61,050 nucleotides of DNA from positions 1 through 61,050 of the IMG/VR virus record IMGVR_UViG_3300032288_004306. One strand, 5' to 3'. Under the pieces are notes generated by a model, which was given only the letters and a program-made list of their open reading frames with translations, was not told the origin of the DNA and searched no databases. The stretch is from a virus. Lineage: Duplodnaviria > Caudoviricetes. This document shows, piece after piece, positions 59,810-61,050 of the stretch (position 1 is the stretch's first letter; every line of letters begins with the position of its first letter). The translations under genes and the position numbers were made by a program.

Positions 59810-60697
59810 ATGGCAACAAGCGTCTATTTTAACAATCAGCATGCAAGAACAGAACAGTTCTTGCTTGAAGATCTAATCATCGAATCAATCAAGAATCATG
59901 GAATTGATATTTACTATATTCCAAGAGATTCTCGTTCTTCGACCGATGAACTATTTGGCGATGACCCAGTCAAATATTTTTCTCATGCGATTAAGATCGA
60001 AGTTTATCTCGAGAGTTTTAGAGACTACGAAGGTAACAAAGAATTTTTCTCAAAATTTGGTCTTGAAATCCAAGAAACAGCTCGTCTAGTTTTATCTCGC
60101 CGATCATTCGAGAAGTATGTGACCTCAGTTATGGGTGATACTCATAATACTCCAAAAGAAGGCGATCTAATTTATCTTCCAATTCAATACAAATTGATGG
60201 AGATTAAATTTGTTGAAGAAGAAAAAAACTTCTTTCAGTTAGGTAAAGATGCTAAGAGTCCATACATGTATGGGTTAACAGTCGAAGCGTTCAAATATAA
60301 TGGCGAGTTGCTTGATACTGGCGTTGATCAAATTGATCGAATTGCAAATGTAAATGGATATGGAATAGAACTTAAAGTTTCTCAGGGTGGTACAGGAACA
60401 TATCAAGGATTTGAGATTGTATATCAAGGTGCAAACGTTGCATCAGCAAATGCAAAAGCATATGTTTCTGCTTGGGACAAACCAACTGGAACTCTTTACG
60501 TTCGAAATATCAAGGGTGAGTTTGCAAATAACACATTGTTGATCGGCGCATCAAGTAATGCTCGTTGGACGTTGAATAGTGCACCAAATATTCTTGATAA
60601 CGTCAACGACACTGATATGGATGATAACGAAAGAATAGAAACTGAAGCAGATAATATCATTGACTTTACTGAAATTAATCCATTCGGTGAACCATAA
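59810..60697 (+). CDS. 14: Neck protein gp14
   Basis: EQ.L.EDL.IESIK..G...YYIPR, SKFGLEI, P.EGDLIY.P, FFQLG, DF.E.NPFGE. Confidence 0.95.
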   Translation: MATSVYFNNQHARTEQFLLEDLIIESIKNHGIDIYYIPRDSRSSTDELFGDDPVKYFSHAIKIEVYLESFRDYEGNKEFFSKFGLEIQETARLVLSRRSFEKYVTSVMGDTHNTPKEGDLIYLPIQYKLMEIKFVEEEKNFFQLGKDAKSPYMYGLTVEAFKYNGELLDTGVDQIDRIANVNGYGIELKVSQGGTGTYQGFEIVYQGANVASANAKAYVSAWDKPTGTLYVRNIKGEFANNTLLIGASSNARWTLNSAPNILDNVNDTDMDDNERIETEADNIIDFTEINPFGEP

Positions 60698-61050
60698 TGT
60701 TATCAAGCACACACTTTTATCATCGCATTACTCGTAAAATGGTTGTCGCTTTCGGCACTATGTTCAATAACATTCGTTTGGTGCGTTACAACAAATCAGG
60801 AACTCAAGAGATTGAGCGCATCAATGTTCCGCTTCAATATGCGCAAAAAGAAAAATTCTATCAACGCATTACGCAAGATCCCGAACTAACTAAAGAAGTT
60901 CAAATGACTCTTCCAAGAATGAGTTTTGAACTCAGCGCAATCACATATGATCCATTGCGCAAAAGAAATATGTTTACAGAAAGTTTTTCACCAGAATCTG
61001 GCAACAGTGTAAAATCAATTCGTACAACGCCATATAACTTTGATTTCACG
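60697..61050 (+). CDS. 15: Tail sheath stabiliser/terminator gp15 (partial, runs off the window)
   Basis: Manual translation MLSSTHFYHRITRKMVVAFGTMFNNI...VPLQYAQKEKF...LPRMSFE...YDPLRK. Confidence 0.92.
   Translation, partial: MLSSTHFYHRITRKMVVAFGTMFNNIRLVRYNKSGTQEIERINVPLQYAQKEKFYQRITQDPELTKEVQMTLPRMSFELSAITYDPLRKRNMFTESFSPESGNSVKSIRTTPYNFDFT

Overview
This is a 61 kb segment of a large T4-like myophage genome, with a gene order resembling aquatic T4-like phages. It opens with a host-type redox and auxiliary cluster: an EF-hand protein, rubredoxin, AhpD, a CDGSH-like Fe-S peptide and GuaC. A circularly permuted (two-piece) tmRNA gene with tag ANDDYFEMALAA sits in this cluster. Next come gp33, gp59 and gp32, then a leftward operon of gp4, gp2, gp54, gp26, gp51 and a tape-measure-like gene. 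A long rightward baseplate and fibre operon follows: gp48, gp53, gp27, two thioredoxins, gp5, gp25, gp6, gp7, gp8 and a split VrlC-like pair containing a Hint domain. After that is a fibre island in which collagen-like and Gly-rich proteins alternate with 2OG-Fe(II) oxygenases, three DUF6065-like paralogues and glycosyltransferases, one of them resembling Skp1-hydroxyproline GlcNAc transferase. The window ends in neck genes gp13, gp14 and partial gp15. Best leads: (1) a putative programmed -1 frameshift fusing gp26 to a gp51 frame that has no proper ATG start, just upstream of the tape measure gene, like lambda G/GT; (2) a candidate proline-hydroxylation plus O-glycosylation system for phage collagen fibres; (3) the phage-borne permuted tmRNA; (4) a non-splicing Hint domain in a virion protein; (5) nested domain insertions in gp7 and gp8. 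All family assignments come from motif recognition by eye, not from database searches.
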